A stretch of 64,000 nucleotides of DNA from an uncultured Eubacteriales bacterium (GTDB taxonomy: Bacteria; Bacillota; Clostridia; Oscillospirales; Acutalibacteraceae): the NCBI GenBank assembly GCA_934489895.1, contig CAKSST010000007.1:5052-69051 (forward strand). Reading direction: 5' to 3'. Below, piece after piece: positions 39,977 to 49,502 of this stretch. Made by a program: the position numbers and the translations under genes. The notes beneath the pieces were generated by a model. It searched no databases. It was not told the origin of the DNA and worked only from the letters and a program-made list of their open reading frames with translations. Every line of letters begins with the position of its first letter. Position 1 is the stretch's first letter.

Positions 39977-41422
39977 ATGAATCGTAAAATGGTTTTTCGT
40001 ATTGTTGGTCTTAATATACTGTTTGAAGCCGCATTGATGCTTTTACCCTTGTTAGTATCAATTATTTACCAAGAGTTATGTTCAGTACATTTTTTAATTA
40101 CAATTGCTATTGCGTTTGTTTTAGGCGCTATTTTGTTTTTTGGTATAAAGCCCAACAAAAAGCCGATTTTTGCCAAAGAAGGCTTAGTTATAGTAGCCCT
40201 TTCCTGGATATTTCTTTCCGCAATAGGCGCTCTACCCTTTTATTTGAGTAAAGAGATACCGTCTTATGTTGATGCTTTTTTTGAAACCGTAAGCGGCTTT
40301 ACCACCACAGGTGCATCTATACTTAACAATGTTGAAAATATGAGCCGCGGACTGCTGTTTTGGCGTTCCTTTACCCACTGGATAGGCGGTATGGGTGTGC
40401 TTGTATTTATTATGGCAATTATCCCCTCAATGTGCGACCGTTCAATCCACATTATGCGCGCAGAGGTGCCGGGGCCTATAGTAGGTAAGCTTGTTCCCAA
40501 AGTTAAAGACACCGCAAAAATACTGTATTTAATTTATATTTCTTTAACCGTTTTACAGATTATTCTGTTATTGTTTGGCGGTATGTCATTGTTTGACAGT
40601 GTTGTTTACACTTTTGGTACAGCAGGTACAGGCGGTTTCGGTATAAGAGCAGACAGCGTTGCTTCCTACAACACCTACTGCCAGATTGTAATAACCGTGT
40701 TTATGCTTATTTTCGGTACAAACTTCAATCTTTATTATTTGATTCTTATAAAGAATTTTAAAACCGCTTTAAAAAGCGGTGAGCTTTGGTGTTATCTTTC
40801 CATTTTTGCCGCAAGTTCAGCATTGATTGCTGTAAACGTTTCTTCAATGTACAGCACCGCAGGCGAAACGATAAAACATTCTGCATTCCAAGTGGCATCC
40901 ATTATGACCACCACAGGTTATGTCACAACCGATTTTGATTTGTGGCCTGTTTTCTCAAAAACTGTTATATTTATACTTATGTTTATCGGTGCAATGGCAA
41001 GCTCAACAGGCGGCGGCCTTAAAGTATCAAGAATAATGATATTATTCAAAGCAATTCGCAGAGAATTAAAGCGTGTTCTTCATCCGCGCTCGGTTTCCAC
41101 CGTGCAGTTTGAAGGCAAGCTTCTGGATAACGCCACAATAAGCGGTACACTCAATTATTTTGCATTATATATAGCGGCATTTATTTTTATACTGCTTATA
41201 ATCTGTATCAACGGATTTGACTTTGAAACAAACCTTTCTTCCGTTGCATCCTGTATAAACAACGTAGGCCCCGCCTTCTCGCTTGCAGGTCCCACAAGCA
41301 GTTATGCCGCATTTTCGCCTTTAAGCAAAATAGCCCTTTCCTTTGCTATGCTGCTCGGCAGGTTAGAGCTTTATCCTATGCTCTTTATTTTAGTACCGTC
41401 AACCTGGTCAAGGAAAAAATAA
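39977..41422 (+). CDS. trkH: TrkH/KtrB-family potassium transporter
   Basis: 481 aa, multi-TM, with repeated selectivity-filter-like GFTTTG, GTAGTGGFG, MTTTGY and SSTGGGLK. Confidence 0.9.
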   Translation: MNRKMVFRIVGLNILFEAALMLLPLLVSIIYQELCSVHFLITIAIAFVLGAILFFGIKPNKKPIFAKEGLVIVALSWIFLSAIGALPFYLSKEIPSYVDAFFETVSGFTTTGASILNNVENMSRGLLFWRSFTHWIGGMGVLVFIMAIIPSMCDRSIHIMRAEVPGPIVGKLVPKVKDTAKILYLIYISLTVLQIILLLFGGMSLFDSVVYTFGTAGTGGFGIRADSVASYNTYCQIVITVFMLIFGTNFNLYYLILIKNFKTALKSGELWCYLSIFAASSALIAVNVSSMYSTAGETIKHSAFQVASIMTTTGYVTTDFDLWPVFSKTVIFILMFIGAMASSTGGGLKVSRIMILFKAIRRELKRVLHPRSVSTVQFEGKLLDNATISGTLNYFALYIAAFIFILLIICINGFDFETNLSSVASCINNVGPAFSLAGPTSSYAAFSPLSKIALSFAMLLGRLELYPMLFILVPSTWSRKK

Positions 41423-41452
41423 AAAAAGGCAAAAGAGCAGGGTCTTAAGAAA

Positions 41453-41492
41453 AAAAGACCTAAGTTCGTTTTTTGAACTTAGGTCTTTTTTG
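41453..41492 (+). terminator. Intrinsic terminator after trkH
   Basis: Stem aagacctaagttc / gaacttaggtctt followed by a T-run. Confidence 0.85.
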
Positions 41493-41678
41493 CCTTTTAA
41501 AACTGCCGAAGGCAATAATGCTATGCAAAGCATAATAAAACTGCGAAGCAATATAACTCGCCGCAAGGCAAATAAAACTAAAGAGTGTCCTCAGTGCACT
41601 CTTCTAATCCTTCTCTTTAAAATTTTCTGTGATTGGGGTAACAAGAGTAATCGAACCTGCCTAAAAAATACGGAATTA

Positions 41679-41978
41679 TTATATAATTATACCTGTCAAA
41701 AGTGCGGCTGCGGCGGCGGCAAGTGCCACAACTATAAGCGGCTGTTTACAGTAAGCCAGCACCAGCGCCACAAGGGTACCTGCCGTTGCTGTTGTGATAT
41801 TTCCCGTTGAATAAAAAATTGCGGGGATTGTCATTGCGCTCAATACCGCATAGGGCATATAATAAAGCAAACTGCGTATAAAGCGAGAAGATATCTGCTT
41901 GCGAAAAAGCGTAAAGGGTATCATACGGACAAGGTAGGTAACACCCGCCATAACTATAATATAAATAGCTAAACTCAT
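41679..41978 (-). CDS. azlD: Branched-chain amino acid exporter small subunit AzlD
   Basis: 99 aa, 3-4 TM. AGVTYLVRMIPF is typical. Overlaps azlC by 4 nt. Confidence 0.8.
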   Translation of the reverse strand: MSLAIYIIVMAGVTYLVRMIPFTLFRKQISSRFIRSLLYYMPYAVLSAMTIPAIFYSTGNITTATAGTLVALVLAYCKQPLIVVALAAAAAALLTGIII

Positions 41979-42673
41979 ACTGCTTCCTCCTCTTCTACGG
42001 GGAAGAAAATTGCTCCCAAAATTGCGGCAACAAGTGCACTGACTATTATCGCAAATCCGCTTGAAACAAAGTTTATCACATACTCGAATAAAATGCTGCA
42101 GGCAGCCGCAATTAACACAACCGCAAGCACGCGCTTATTCTTGCGGGAAGCGGGCAGAAATATTGCAATAAACATACCGTAAAGTACAATACCCATTGCG
42201 TCTGCAATAATTTTTGGCAACAGCTGCCCTGCAACAGCGCCTATCAGCGTGCCGCCAGTCCAGCCTAAAACAGGCAGGGTTATAAGCCCTGCCATATATG
42301 CGTCTGAAATTTTGCCGCTTTGGGATATTGCGACAGCATAAACCTCATCGGTGATGCCAAAGGAAAGCAACAGACGTTTGGGCGTGGTAAAGCTTGAGTC
42401 AAGCTTTTGTGTAAGCGAAAAGCCCATAAGCGCATAACGAAGATTAATAACAAACTGGGTAAGCGCCATTTCAATCAATGTGCCTTGGGCAGCTATTATT
42501 TCAATGCCTGCCGCCTGTCCTGCAGAGGTTAAGTTTGTCAAAGAGATAAGCACCGCACCAAGTGACGATATATCAAGCCCAACCGCAAGTATACCAAAGC
42601 CAAAGGATACCGACAGATATCCCAAAGCAATGGGCACACCGTGCATAAGGCCTTTTTTGTATGCACCGCACAT
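41975..42673 (-). CDS. azlC: AzlC-family branched-chain amino acid exporter
   Basis: 232 aa multi-TM. GVPIALGYLSVSFGFG and FVINLRYALMG are AzlC hallmarks. Confidence 0.85.
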   Translation of the reverse strand: MCGAYKKGLMHGVPIALGYLSVSFGFGILAVGLDISSLGAVLISLTNLTSAGQAAGIEIIAAQGTLIEMALTQFVINLRYALMGFSLTQKLDSSFTTPKRLLLSFGITDEVYAVAISQSGKISDAYMAGLITLPVLGWTGGTLIGAVAGQLLPKIIADAMGIVLYGMFIAIFLPASRKNKRVLAVVLIAAACSILFEYVINFVSSGFAIIVSALVAAILGAIFFPVEEEEAV

Positions 42674-42867
42674 ATAAAGCTCATCTCCTTTTATTAATCA
42701 GACAACTGCCAATACACATCTAAAATTTCAAATACGGTAAATTCTTTTTTGGATTATATAACACAATATTTAAATTTGTCAATAAAAAGCCTTTGGTGCT
42801 CTTGCACATTATTCTTTAAGGCGGTATAATTAATTTTACGAAAAAGCGGACAGGAGTTTTTTATAAT

Positions 42868-44124
42868 ATGTCAAAAATACTTGAAATTATTGATGATTTT
42901 AAGCGCGGATGTAATTGCGGCAGACGGCACGAAACCGATATTAAGGATGTGCGCATTGAATCTGGTGCGGTACATTCTGTAGGAGAGGTTTTAAAAGAAA
43001 ATGATTTTTGCAGCACCCTGTTGCTAGTAGCCGACAAAAACACTTTAAAAGCCGCAGACGGTATTGTAAAAAGCCTTGGCAGCTTTGACATTGAATACAA
43101 AATATATGACAATTTGCGCATTGCCACCATGGACGAGGTAAAAGCGGTGGAAACCTTAATTGCAGACCGTGACATTTCGGTTTTATCGGTAGGAACGGGT
43201 TCTGTAAACGACACCTGCAGGCTTGCAGCGGCAAGACAAGGCAAAAAACTCTGCATTTTTGCAACCGCACCGTCAATGGATGGCTTTGCTTCTTATTGCG
43301 CCCCCATTGTTGATAACGGTTTTAAGATTACATATCCTGCAAAAAGCCCCGAGGTCATTATAGGCGATACCAAAATTTTAGCAGCCGCCCCTAACGAACT
43401 TAAATCGGCAGGCTTTGGCGATATGATTGCAAAATATGTAGGTCTTGTAGACTGGCAGGTTTCCGCTTTGCTGACGGGCGAATATTATTGCGAAAAAATT
43501 GCCGCGCTTACAAGAAGCGCTGTTGATGAGCTTATGGAAATGGCAGACAAGGTTTGCGTAAATGACGAGCACACCGCAGGCAAAATTTTTGAAGCTCTGC
43601 TTAAAACAGGTATTGGGATGGGCTTTTCACAAAACTCACGCCCGGCCAGTGGCAGTGAGCATATTATTGCACACCTTATTGAATGTGTTGAGCTTCGTGA
43701 CAACATTATCCCCAATTTTCACGGTGATGATATAGGTGTTTGCTCTTTGGCAATGCTTAAATACTATAACGATTTAGCGGATAATGAACACATTGACACC
43801 CGAAACGAAGTTGTAGATTGGGATGATGTTTATAATTTTTATGCCGAAATGGCCGAAGATGTTAAACAGCTTAACACCCCCACCAATATCATTGACGAAG
43901 TAAATAAAGATGTGCTTAAAACAAACTGGAGCAAAATAAGGGATATTATACACAGTGTGCCAAGCTATGAAGAATGTAAAACAGCAATGATAAAAGCAGG
44001 CTGTAAAATAACGGTGGATGATATTAAAAAAAGTCAAACACTGTTTGACAGCTGCATCAAATACTCACCTTATATGAGAAGAAGGCTTACTCTGCTCCGT
44101 CTTAAAGATATGATAATTGTATAA
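42868..44124 (+). CDS. Iron-containing alcohol dehydrogenase superfamily, sn-glycerol-1-phosphate dehydrogenase (AraM/EgsA)-like
   Basis: VGTGSVNDTCR (GxGxxxD), GFGDMIAKY, SGSEHIIAHLIE, FHGDDIGV. TTGCAC-17-TATAAT promoter at 42802-42830. Confidence 0.6.
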   Translation: MSKILEIIDDFKRGCNCGRRHETDIKDVRIESGAVHSVGEVLKENDFCSTLLLVADKNTLKAADGIVKSLGSFDIEYKIYDNLRIATMDEVKAVETLIADRDISVLSVGTGSVNDTCRLAAARQGKKLCIFATAPSMDGFASYCAPIVDNGFKITYPAKSPEVIIGDTKILAAAPNELKSAGFGDMIAKYVGLVDWQVSALLTGEYYCEKIAALTRSAVDELMEMADKVCVNDEHTAGKIFEALLKTGIGMGFSQNSRPASGSEHIIAHLIECVELRDNIIPNFHGDDIGVCSLAMLKYYNDLADNEHIDTRNEVVDWDDVYNFYAEMAEDVKQLNTPTNIIDEVNKDVLKTNWSKIRDIIHSVPSYEECKTAMIKAGCKITVDDIKKSQTLFDSCIKYSPYMRRRLTLLRLKDMIIV

Positions 44125-44580
44125 ATACACAGCTGCCTTTTGAGGTACCCTCCGTTTGGGTACCTCAGTTATATTCGCTCCAAGGCAAGTTATTTTGCCT
44201 TCAGCAGTTTTATTGTGCTTTGCACAGTTTTGGAAGCAAATAAACCTTTTGCCGTACTGCAAAAATATCACTGTGAGACCTATCTCACAATATTACTACA
44301 AAGGTTTCTTTATGTTTTTTGAGAGAGGTATTGCTAAAGTACATACCTCACTATGACACTTTCAAAAGCGAAAATGTCATTTTATTTATATATAGACAAA
44401 GGGAGACTGCCCCTTTAGGAAATGTCTCCTTTCCGGCGGCTTTTTGTACTGTTTTTATTTTGCAATATTTATTATTAGGCAGTTAAAATTAAAACCTAGC
44501 AGAACGGGATGTTTTTTGGCACTTTTTTAGATAAAGCAGTACTACTAAATGCAAAGAAAATTTTACTTTTTCTGCCTTCC

Positions 44581-44609
44581 TTGACAATATTTATTCTAAA
44601 TGTTAATAT
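44581..44609 (+). promoter_or_regulatory. Sigma-A-type promoter (TTGACA-17-TAATAT with TGn extension)
   Basis: TTGACA at 44581-44586, a 17-nt spacer ending in tgt, then TAATAT at 44604-44609, just upstream of the 44635 ORF. Confidence 0.6.
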
Positions 44610-44634
44610 TTATAATATAAGTTAGCTTTAAAGG

Positions 44635-46509
44635 GTGCTTTTTGTAAAAAATAAACAAATGAAATTTATTGTTTCGGAAGTTTTGATTATTCTTCTTGTT
44701 TTCCTTATCGAAGTAAATGTTTTTATGCGTGATACCGTAGCACAGTTTTCTGTCAATCCTGTTTCTGTTTTTAACAACAGTTACAGCACTTATGAAGCTT
44801 CAGGCTATGATATAAACGGTGTTACATATATGCCAAATACTGATGATCCACATATTATTTTTACTGATATAAAACAAAATGTCCGTACCGTTCATATTAT
44901 TCTTGAGCGAAGATGTTATTCAAGGACGCCTTACCGTGTATATTATTCCGACAACTCAACGTTTGATAAACAAATGTCTGTATCGGGCACCATACCTTTT
45001 GCCGCTAAGGAACTTTTAATTACCGTTCCAGATGGTCAATACCACAATTTAAGAATTGATATTGACGGCAAGTTTCACTTGTACAATATTCAGGTGAGCT
45101 CGGGGCCTGCTGAAATGAAAAGTGTGATAAACTCAGGGCCGAGTGTTGCACGCATTTTTATTATGCTGCTGTTCATAACCACGATGATACTTTGCATTCG
45201 GCGATGGCATAAGTGCAAAAACTCAAAGCACAGATTATCCACAACCGAGCTGTTGTTTTGCCTAGGATGTTTTATATTCTACTCTTTATGGGCTGTAAGC
45301 AAAAGTTATAATTACGCCTCGGATGAATCCCTGTTTTATAATGTCACCAGTTATCTGTATAATAACAGCCGTCTGCCTGTTGCTACTGATGTACTGTCTG
45401 ACTACGGTTTTTCTTTTTCACATCTGCCAACCGTCCTATTCAGTCATTTGGGCAACATTGCAATGAAGCTTGCATCGGCCTTTACCAAGGACAGCCGAAT
45501 GCTGTTGCTTGCCGCAAGGGGAGTAAGCGTTCTTTGTTCTACGGGTGCCGTAACTATGTAATTAAGCTTTCAAAAATAATATTTAAATCGCCTACAAGAT
45601 GGATATTTATTACTGCCTTTGCTTTTATGCCGCAGTTTGTTTTCTTTGCAAGCTATGTAAACAATATATCGGTTATGATGCTTGGTGTTGCTATGACAGT
45701 ATATGCCTGGGCGCTTGGGATTAACGATGGCCGGAACTATAAAAACTGTTTTCTTCTTTCTGTCGGTATTTCGGTTTGCGCACTTTCTTCCTATTACAGT
45801 TACGGATGGATACTTGTAAGCATATTCTTTGTTATTCTCTCATATTTGTACCAGAATAAAAAAGACTATAAAGGTCTTTTAAAGCTTTTTACATTCACTT
45901 TTTTAATGATTCTTATTTTCACCGGTTACAGTTTTATAAGACATATAGTTGTATATAAAGATATTCTCGGACTTAAAACAGCAGCTTATTACAACAGTAT
46001 GTATGCGCTTGAAGAACTTTTACCGCAGAACAATCCGTCATTATCAGGCCAAGGCTTATCGTTGAAATATATGCTGTTTGATCTTAAGTGGATTGAAAAA
46101 ACATTCAACAGCTCTGTTGCCGTGTTCGGTCAAAATGATGTTTACTGCTCACAAATAGTATACACTCTGGCAAAAGTATTTATTGCGGTAGGCATTATAG
46201 GCTTTATAGTTAAAATTATACAGGCAATAATCAGACGTCAGAAGCCCGAAAAAATGAAAATGCTGTTTTCATTATGCCTTGTACTTTGCACAGTAATAAC
46301 CGTTATATTGAGCATTTGCAGAAGCTATTACGCAAGGAAGCTCTTGCTATTCCGCATTCCTGCCCTTAATGTTGCTTGGTGGTTTGGGATATTCACACAT
46401 TGTAAAATTGTTTAAAAGAATTGAACATCGCTATATCTCAACCACGTGCATCTGCACTTTGTTCATTTCTGCCTCAGTATTTGTGTTCTATGCCGTATAT
46501 CTGCATTAA
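44635..46509 (+). pseudogene. GT-C-fold-like (ArnT/PMT-like) polytopic membrane protein split into three reading-frame segments
   Basis: Segment 1 is 44635-45561 (TM, about 130-aa extracytoplasmic domain, TMs, YNYASDES loop). Segment 2 is 45534-46415 in another frame (TM-rich). Segment 3 is 46312-46509, back in the first frame (...AITQGSSCYSAFLPLMLLGGLGYSHIVKLFKR...FISASVFVFYAVYLH). The segments overlap, so two indels would fuse them. Confidence 0.45.
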
Positions 46510-46562
46510 AAACATAAAGCGTCTGTTTGCGGACGCTTTATTATTTAAAAGGAGAGATTTGA

Positions 46563-47078
46563 TTGCGCTTTACTTATTGTCCCGACTGCGGGCAAAAGCT
46601 TATATTAAAGGGTATTGGAGATGAGGGTGCAACCCCCTACTGCACCGCTTGCAAAAAAGCCTGGTTTGATGTTTTTTCAACCTGTGTTATAATCTTGGTC
46701 GCCAACCCTAAAAACGAGGTTCTTTTGCTTAATCAGGAGTACATTTCAACACAGTACCGCAACTTAGTGTCAGGTTATATGAAGCCCTGCGAGTCTGCCG
46801 AGCGGGCAGCACAGCGTGAGGTCTTGGAAGAGGTTGGCGTAACCCTTGACACAATAGAACTTGTTGGCACATACTGGTTTGCAAAAAAGGGTTTGTTAAT
46901 GATAGGCTTTATTGGTAAAGCCGCAAATACTGAGCTTGCACTTTCCAAAGAGGTTGATGCTGCCGAGTGGGTAAGTGCTCAAAACGCTTTATCTTTAGTG
47001 CATCCAAAAGGCAGCGGAAGCGTATCACGCATTTTGGTAGAAGAATATATAAACAGATTAAAAAAGCAGGATTTCTAA
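46563..47078 (+). CDS. NUDIX hydrolase with N-terminal zinc ribbon (NudC-like)
   Basis: CPDCGQKL...CTACKK zinc ribbon. Nudix box GYMKPCESAERAAQREVLEEVGV. TTG start. Terminator at 47062-47091. Confidence 0.8.
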   Translation: MRFTYCPDCGQKLILKGIGDEGATPYCTACKKAWFDVFSTCVIILVANPKNEVLLLNQEYISTQYRNLVSGYMKPCESAERAAQREVLEEVGVTLDTIELVGTYWFAKKGLLMIGFIGKAANTELALSKEVDAAEWVSAQNALSLVHPKGSGSVSRILVEEYINRLKKQDF

Positions 47079-47107
47079 TCCTGCTTTTTTTAAGCCTTTT
47101 TTATTTC

Positions 47108-47281
47108 TTAGGAGTTTTCTAACATTTGAGTCAAAGCATAAGACATTGCCAAACCCAAATATATAACAATTACACCCGGCAAACCATTCGAAAAACAAAT
47201 CCAAAAAAGCAGAGCAACTAAACCCTGTAATAAAAACGCATATGCTATGGTTTTTACTTGTTTTGATGTGTTTTTAACCAT
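47108..47281 (-). CDS. 57-aa two-TM small membrane protein (hypothetical)
   Basis: MVKNTSKQVKTIAYAFLLQGLVALLFWICFSNGLPGVIVIYLGLAMSYALTQMLENS. AGGAG RBS. Last ORF of the cupin-nitroreductase operon. Below the ORF-track cutoff. Confidence 0.4.
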   Translation of the reverse strand: MVKNTSKQVKTIAYAFLLQGLVALLFWICFSNGLPGVIVIYLGLAMSYALTQMLENS

Positions 47282-47319
47282 TATTTTTTTTGCTCCTGAT
47301 TAAAAACAATTTTTGTAAA

Positions 47320-48006
47320 CTATTTATTTAATTTTAATGTTTTTAAATATTCTTTTTGAGAAGATGTTATCCGCAAGCTTTCCCGCGCTTTTTGTATGGT
47401 TTTATTGTGCACCCATTTTGGCAGAACGGCTTTTTCTATAAAGACTATGGTACTGTCCCACTGCTTTGAAAGAGCGGTTGCAAAATACCAGGCAATCATC
47501 ATATTTATGTAATACTCATCGCTTTCTATAGAAGCTGCGCTGGTGAGATGTTTTTTATCAAAATCCCCGTCTAAAAAGTAAGTCATAAGCATTAAAACGC
47601 CAAAGCGGACGGTATATGTACGATGCGAAGCAAGCCAGCCCTCAATATTCTCATAAAGCAGGGCTTTGTTTTTGACAAAGGCTTTAGAGCGCAGGCCGTC
47701 ACAGGTTGCCCAATTATCAATATAAGGTAAAAATCGATCAATCTCCTTCAACGCAGTATTAAAAACGTCAATCTCACTTATTACAAAGCTGTGCAGATTG
47801 TTTTCCTCATAATATTTATGCGGCAGGTCACTCAAAAACAGATTAATGTCGGGATTGCTTTTCAGTTGCTTTGCAAGCCGCTTTAAATCAGGGGTGCGTA
47901 CGCCTATAACAGTACTTTTATCTACCGTTGGCAGCAGCTTTGCAGAAAATTCCCTATATTCAATATCCTGTAGCTCAAACAGTTTTTCTCTAATTTGTTG
48001 TATCAT
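47320..48006 (-). CDS. DNA alkylation repair protein (AlkD/AlkC-type HEAT-like repeat family)
   Basis: IREKLFELQDIEYREFSAKLLPT...VIGVRTPDLKRLAK, WATCD, and MMIAWYFATAL are typical of PF08713. Its ATG overlaps the upstream stop (ATGA). Confidence 0.75.
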   Translation of the reverse strand: MIQQIREKLFELQDIEYREFSAKLLPTVDKSTVIGVRTPDLKRLAKQLKSNPDINLFLSDLPHKYYEENNLHSFVISEIDVFNTALKEIDRFLPYIDNWATCDGLRSKAFVKNKALLYENIEGWLASHRTYTVRFGVLMLMTYFLDGDFDKKHLTSAASIESDEYYINMMIAWYFATALSKQWDSTIVFIEKAVLPKWVHNKTIQKARESLRITSSQKEYLKTLKLNK

Positions 48007-48308
48007 TCTTTCGCAGTCTCCAGTAAAAAGCTTACGGGACGAAAGCCGTCGTTGCAAGATATCATTGCAGATTTCTCGTTTTTCATCCAGCCGTCATAAA
48101 AGTTGCCGCCGCCAAGGGCAAGCTCACGCACAAAACTTTGCATGCTTTCCCAGGCGCTGTCGCAAAGGTTTTGCGGTTTCTCTCCGTTAATGCTTGTAAA
48201 GGTCTGCCCCACCTCAACATCGCAGGAGTGTTCTATAGGGTTTTCATATTTTTCAATTAAATCGTTATGGCATACTTTGCGCATTACAGTTATTTTTACG
48301 GTTTTCAT
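48003..48308 (-). CDS. TIGR04076-family small Cys-containing protein
   Basis: MKTVKITVMRKVCHNDLIEKYENP...CDVEVGQTF...LCDSAWESM...GGGNFYDGWMK...MISCNDGFRPVSFLLE matches my recollection of the TIGR04076 pattern. Starts 2 nt from the nitroreductase stop. Confidence 0.6.
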   Translation of the reverse strand: MKTVKITVMRKVCHNDLIEKYENPIEHSCDVEVGQTFTSINGEKPQNLCDSAWESMQSFVRELALGGGNFYDGWMKNEKSAMISCNDGFRPVSFLLETAKE

Positions 48309-48309
48309 T

Positions 48310-48843
48310 TTATTTCCCAACATTAGTAACAAGTTCATCAATACTTTTGCGTTTTTTGGTGCGGAGCTTATCATCATCTTTAGCATAGCCTAAAGCTATG
48401 ATAAGGCGTACCTTGCTCTTTATATTGCAAATTTCTTTTGCCTTATCCTCATCAAACCAGCCAATTATACAAGTACCAAGACCTTGAGCAGCAGCTTCTG
48501 CAGTAATATAAGCACAAGCAATACCTATATCAATTGAGCGAAAATCGTTATCCATAACTTTTGCCGCCATACCTGCCGTCTTAACATAAGGCTCTTCGGA
48601 CAAAATAATCATAACATTTGCATCGCTTGCAAACCTGTTCATTCCCATTCTTTGTCCTGTTTTTGCAATTTTCTTTGCAATCTCGCTCTTGCATACGGTT
48701 ATATGATAGGGCTGACCGTTACAGGCAGAAGGCGAAAGCCTCGCGGCTTCAAGTATTGCATCGATTTTTTCCTGCTCTACCTCTTTAGCTGCATCATAGC
48801 TGCGACAAGACTGTCTGTTCCTGGCTATTTCCATAAAGTTCAT
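48310..48843 (-). CDS. Nitroreductase-family FMN oxidoreductase
   Basis: RQSCRSYD, ARLSPSACNGQP, and GIACAYITAEAAAQGLGTCIIG are typical of the nitroreductase fold. Confidence 0.85.
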   Translation of the reverse strand: MNFMEIARNRQSCRSYDAAKEVEQEKIDAILEAARLSPSACNGQPYHITVCKSEIAKKIAKTGQRMGMNRFASDANVMIILSEEPYVKTAGMAAKVMDNDFRSIDIGIACAYITAEAAAQGLGTCIIGWFDEDKAKEICNIKSKVRLIIALGYAKDDDKLRTKKRKSIDELVTNVGK

Positions 48844-48855
48844 AATGTTACCCTC

Positions 48856-49173
48856 CTATTGCTGCGTAACAACCGCAAAAAATACTATATCCTCGTTTGT
48901 ATCGTTTATAAAGGTATGAGAATGTCCCTTTTTACAGTAATGTATATCACCGGTTTTCAGGCGCTCCTCTTTCCCATCAAGTATCATTTTGCCGCTGCCC
49001 GACAAAACATATATAATCTCACTTGAGGTTTCGTGGCAATGCAGACCAATTGAGGCACCGGGCGCTAATTTGCCTTTTAATATTTTATTTAACTCGTCTG
49101 TAAACATATCGGCCTCAAAAGTGCCCTCTCCGCCGTTAAATTTAGGTAAAAGCCTTTTTTCAAAATTAATCAT
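48856..49173 (-). CDS. Cupin-domain protein
   Basis: 105 aa. GASIGLHCHETSSEIIYVLSGSG...GDIHYCKKGHSH are the two cupin motifs. Confidence 0.8.
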   Translation of the reverse strand: MINFEKRLLPKFNGGEGTFEADMFTDELNKILKGKLAPGASIGLHCHETSSEIIYVLSGSGKMILDGKEERLKTGDIHYCKKGHSHTFINDTNEDIVFFAVVTQQ

Positions 49174-49250
49174 TTCGTACTCTCCTATAAAACCTTTTAT
49201 AGTATTTTAACATATAAACATTATTGTACGCAACAAAAAAGACAGAGAAA

Positions 49251-49293
49251 TGATATGCACCCCAAAAGTTAGACACTTTTGGGGTGCATATCA
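49251..49293 (-). terminator. Perfect 19-bp-stem hairpin with a U-rich tail on the minus strand
   Basis: tgatatgcaccccaaaagt / acttttggggtgcatatca, 5-nt loop. On the minus strand it is followed by UUUCUCUGUCUUUUUUG. A second terminator hairpin lies at 49376-49406. Confidence 0.6.
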
Positions 49294-49502
49294 ACGCTGC
49301 CAAATTCAAAAAGCTTGCACAACATCTTGAAAGGTTTGTTATAGAACTTAATAATTAATATAGGCTATATATTCTAAAAAGCAAACTCTGTACAAAGTTT
49401 GCTTTTTGCGATATGCGGGCTTTGCCCGTGCGATATATTTAGTTTATAAATGCAATATATCTCGCTTAGCGGTCAATACGATATGTAAATTCCATTTGGA
49501 AT

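Noticed and set aside
41625-41672. tRNA-like fragment (minus strand GGTTCGATTAC..., possible att remnant)
   Set aside because: The flanks of the T-loop-like sequence are not complementary, so no T stem forms. There is no acceptor stem or CCA context. It is probably a chance match next to the azlD terminator.
45235-45243. Perfect DnaA box TTATCCACA (plus TTTTCCACA near 62616), considered because the window is origin-proximal
   Set aside because: These are single isolated boxes, one of them inside a coding region. A 9-mer is expected to occur by chance at about this frequency in 64 kb, and there is no cluster or AT-rich unwinding element.
46421-46624. 67-aa ORF between the GT-C-like gene and the NUDIX gene
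   Set aside because: It overlaps the third frame segment of the membrane-protein gene and the NUDIX start. It has no RBS and an implausible composition.
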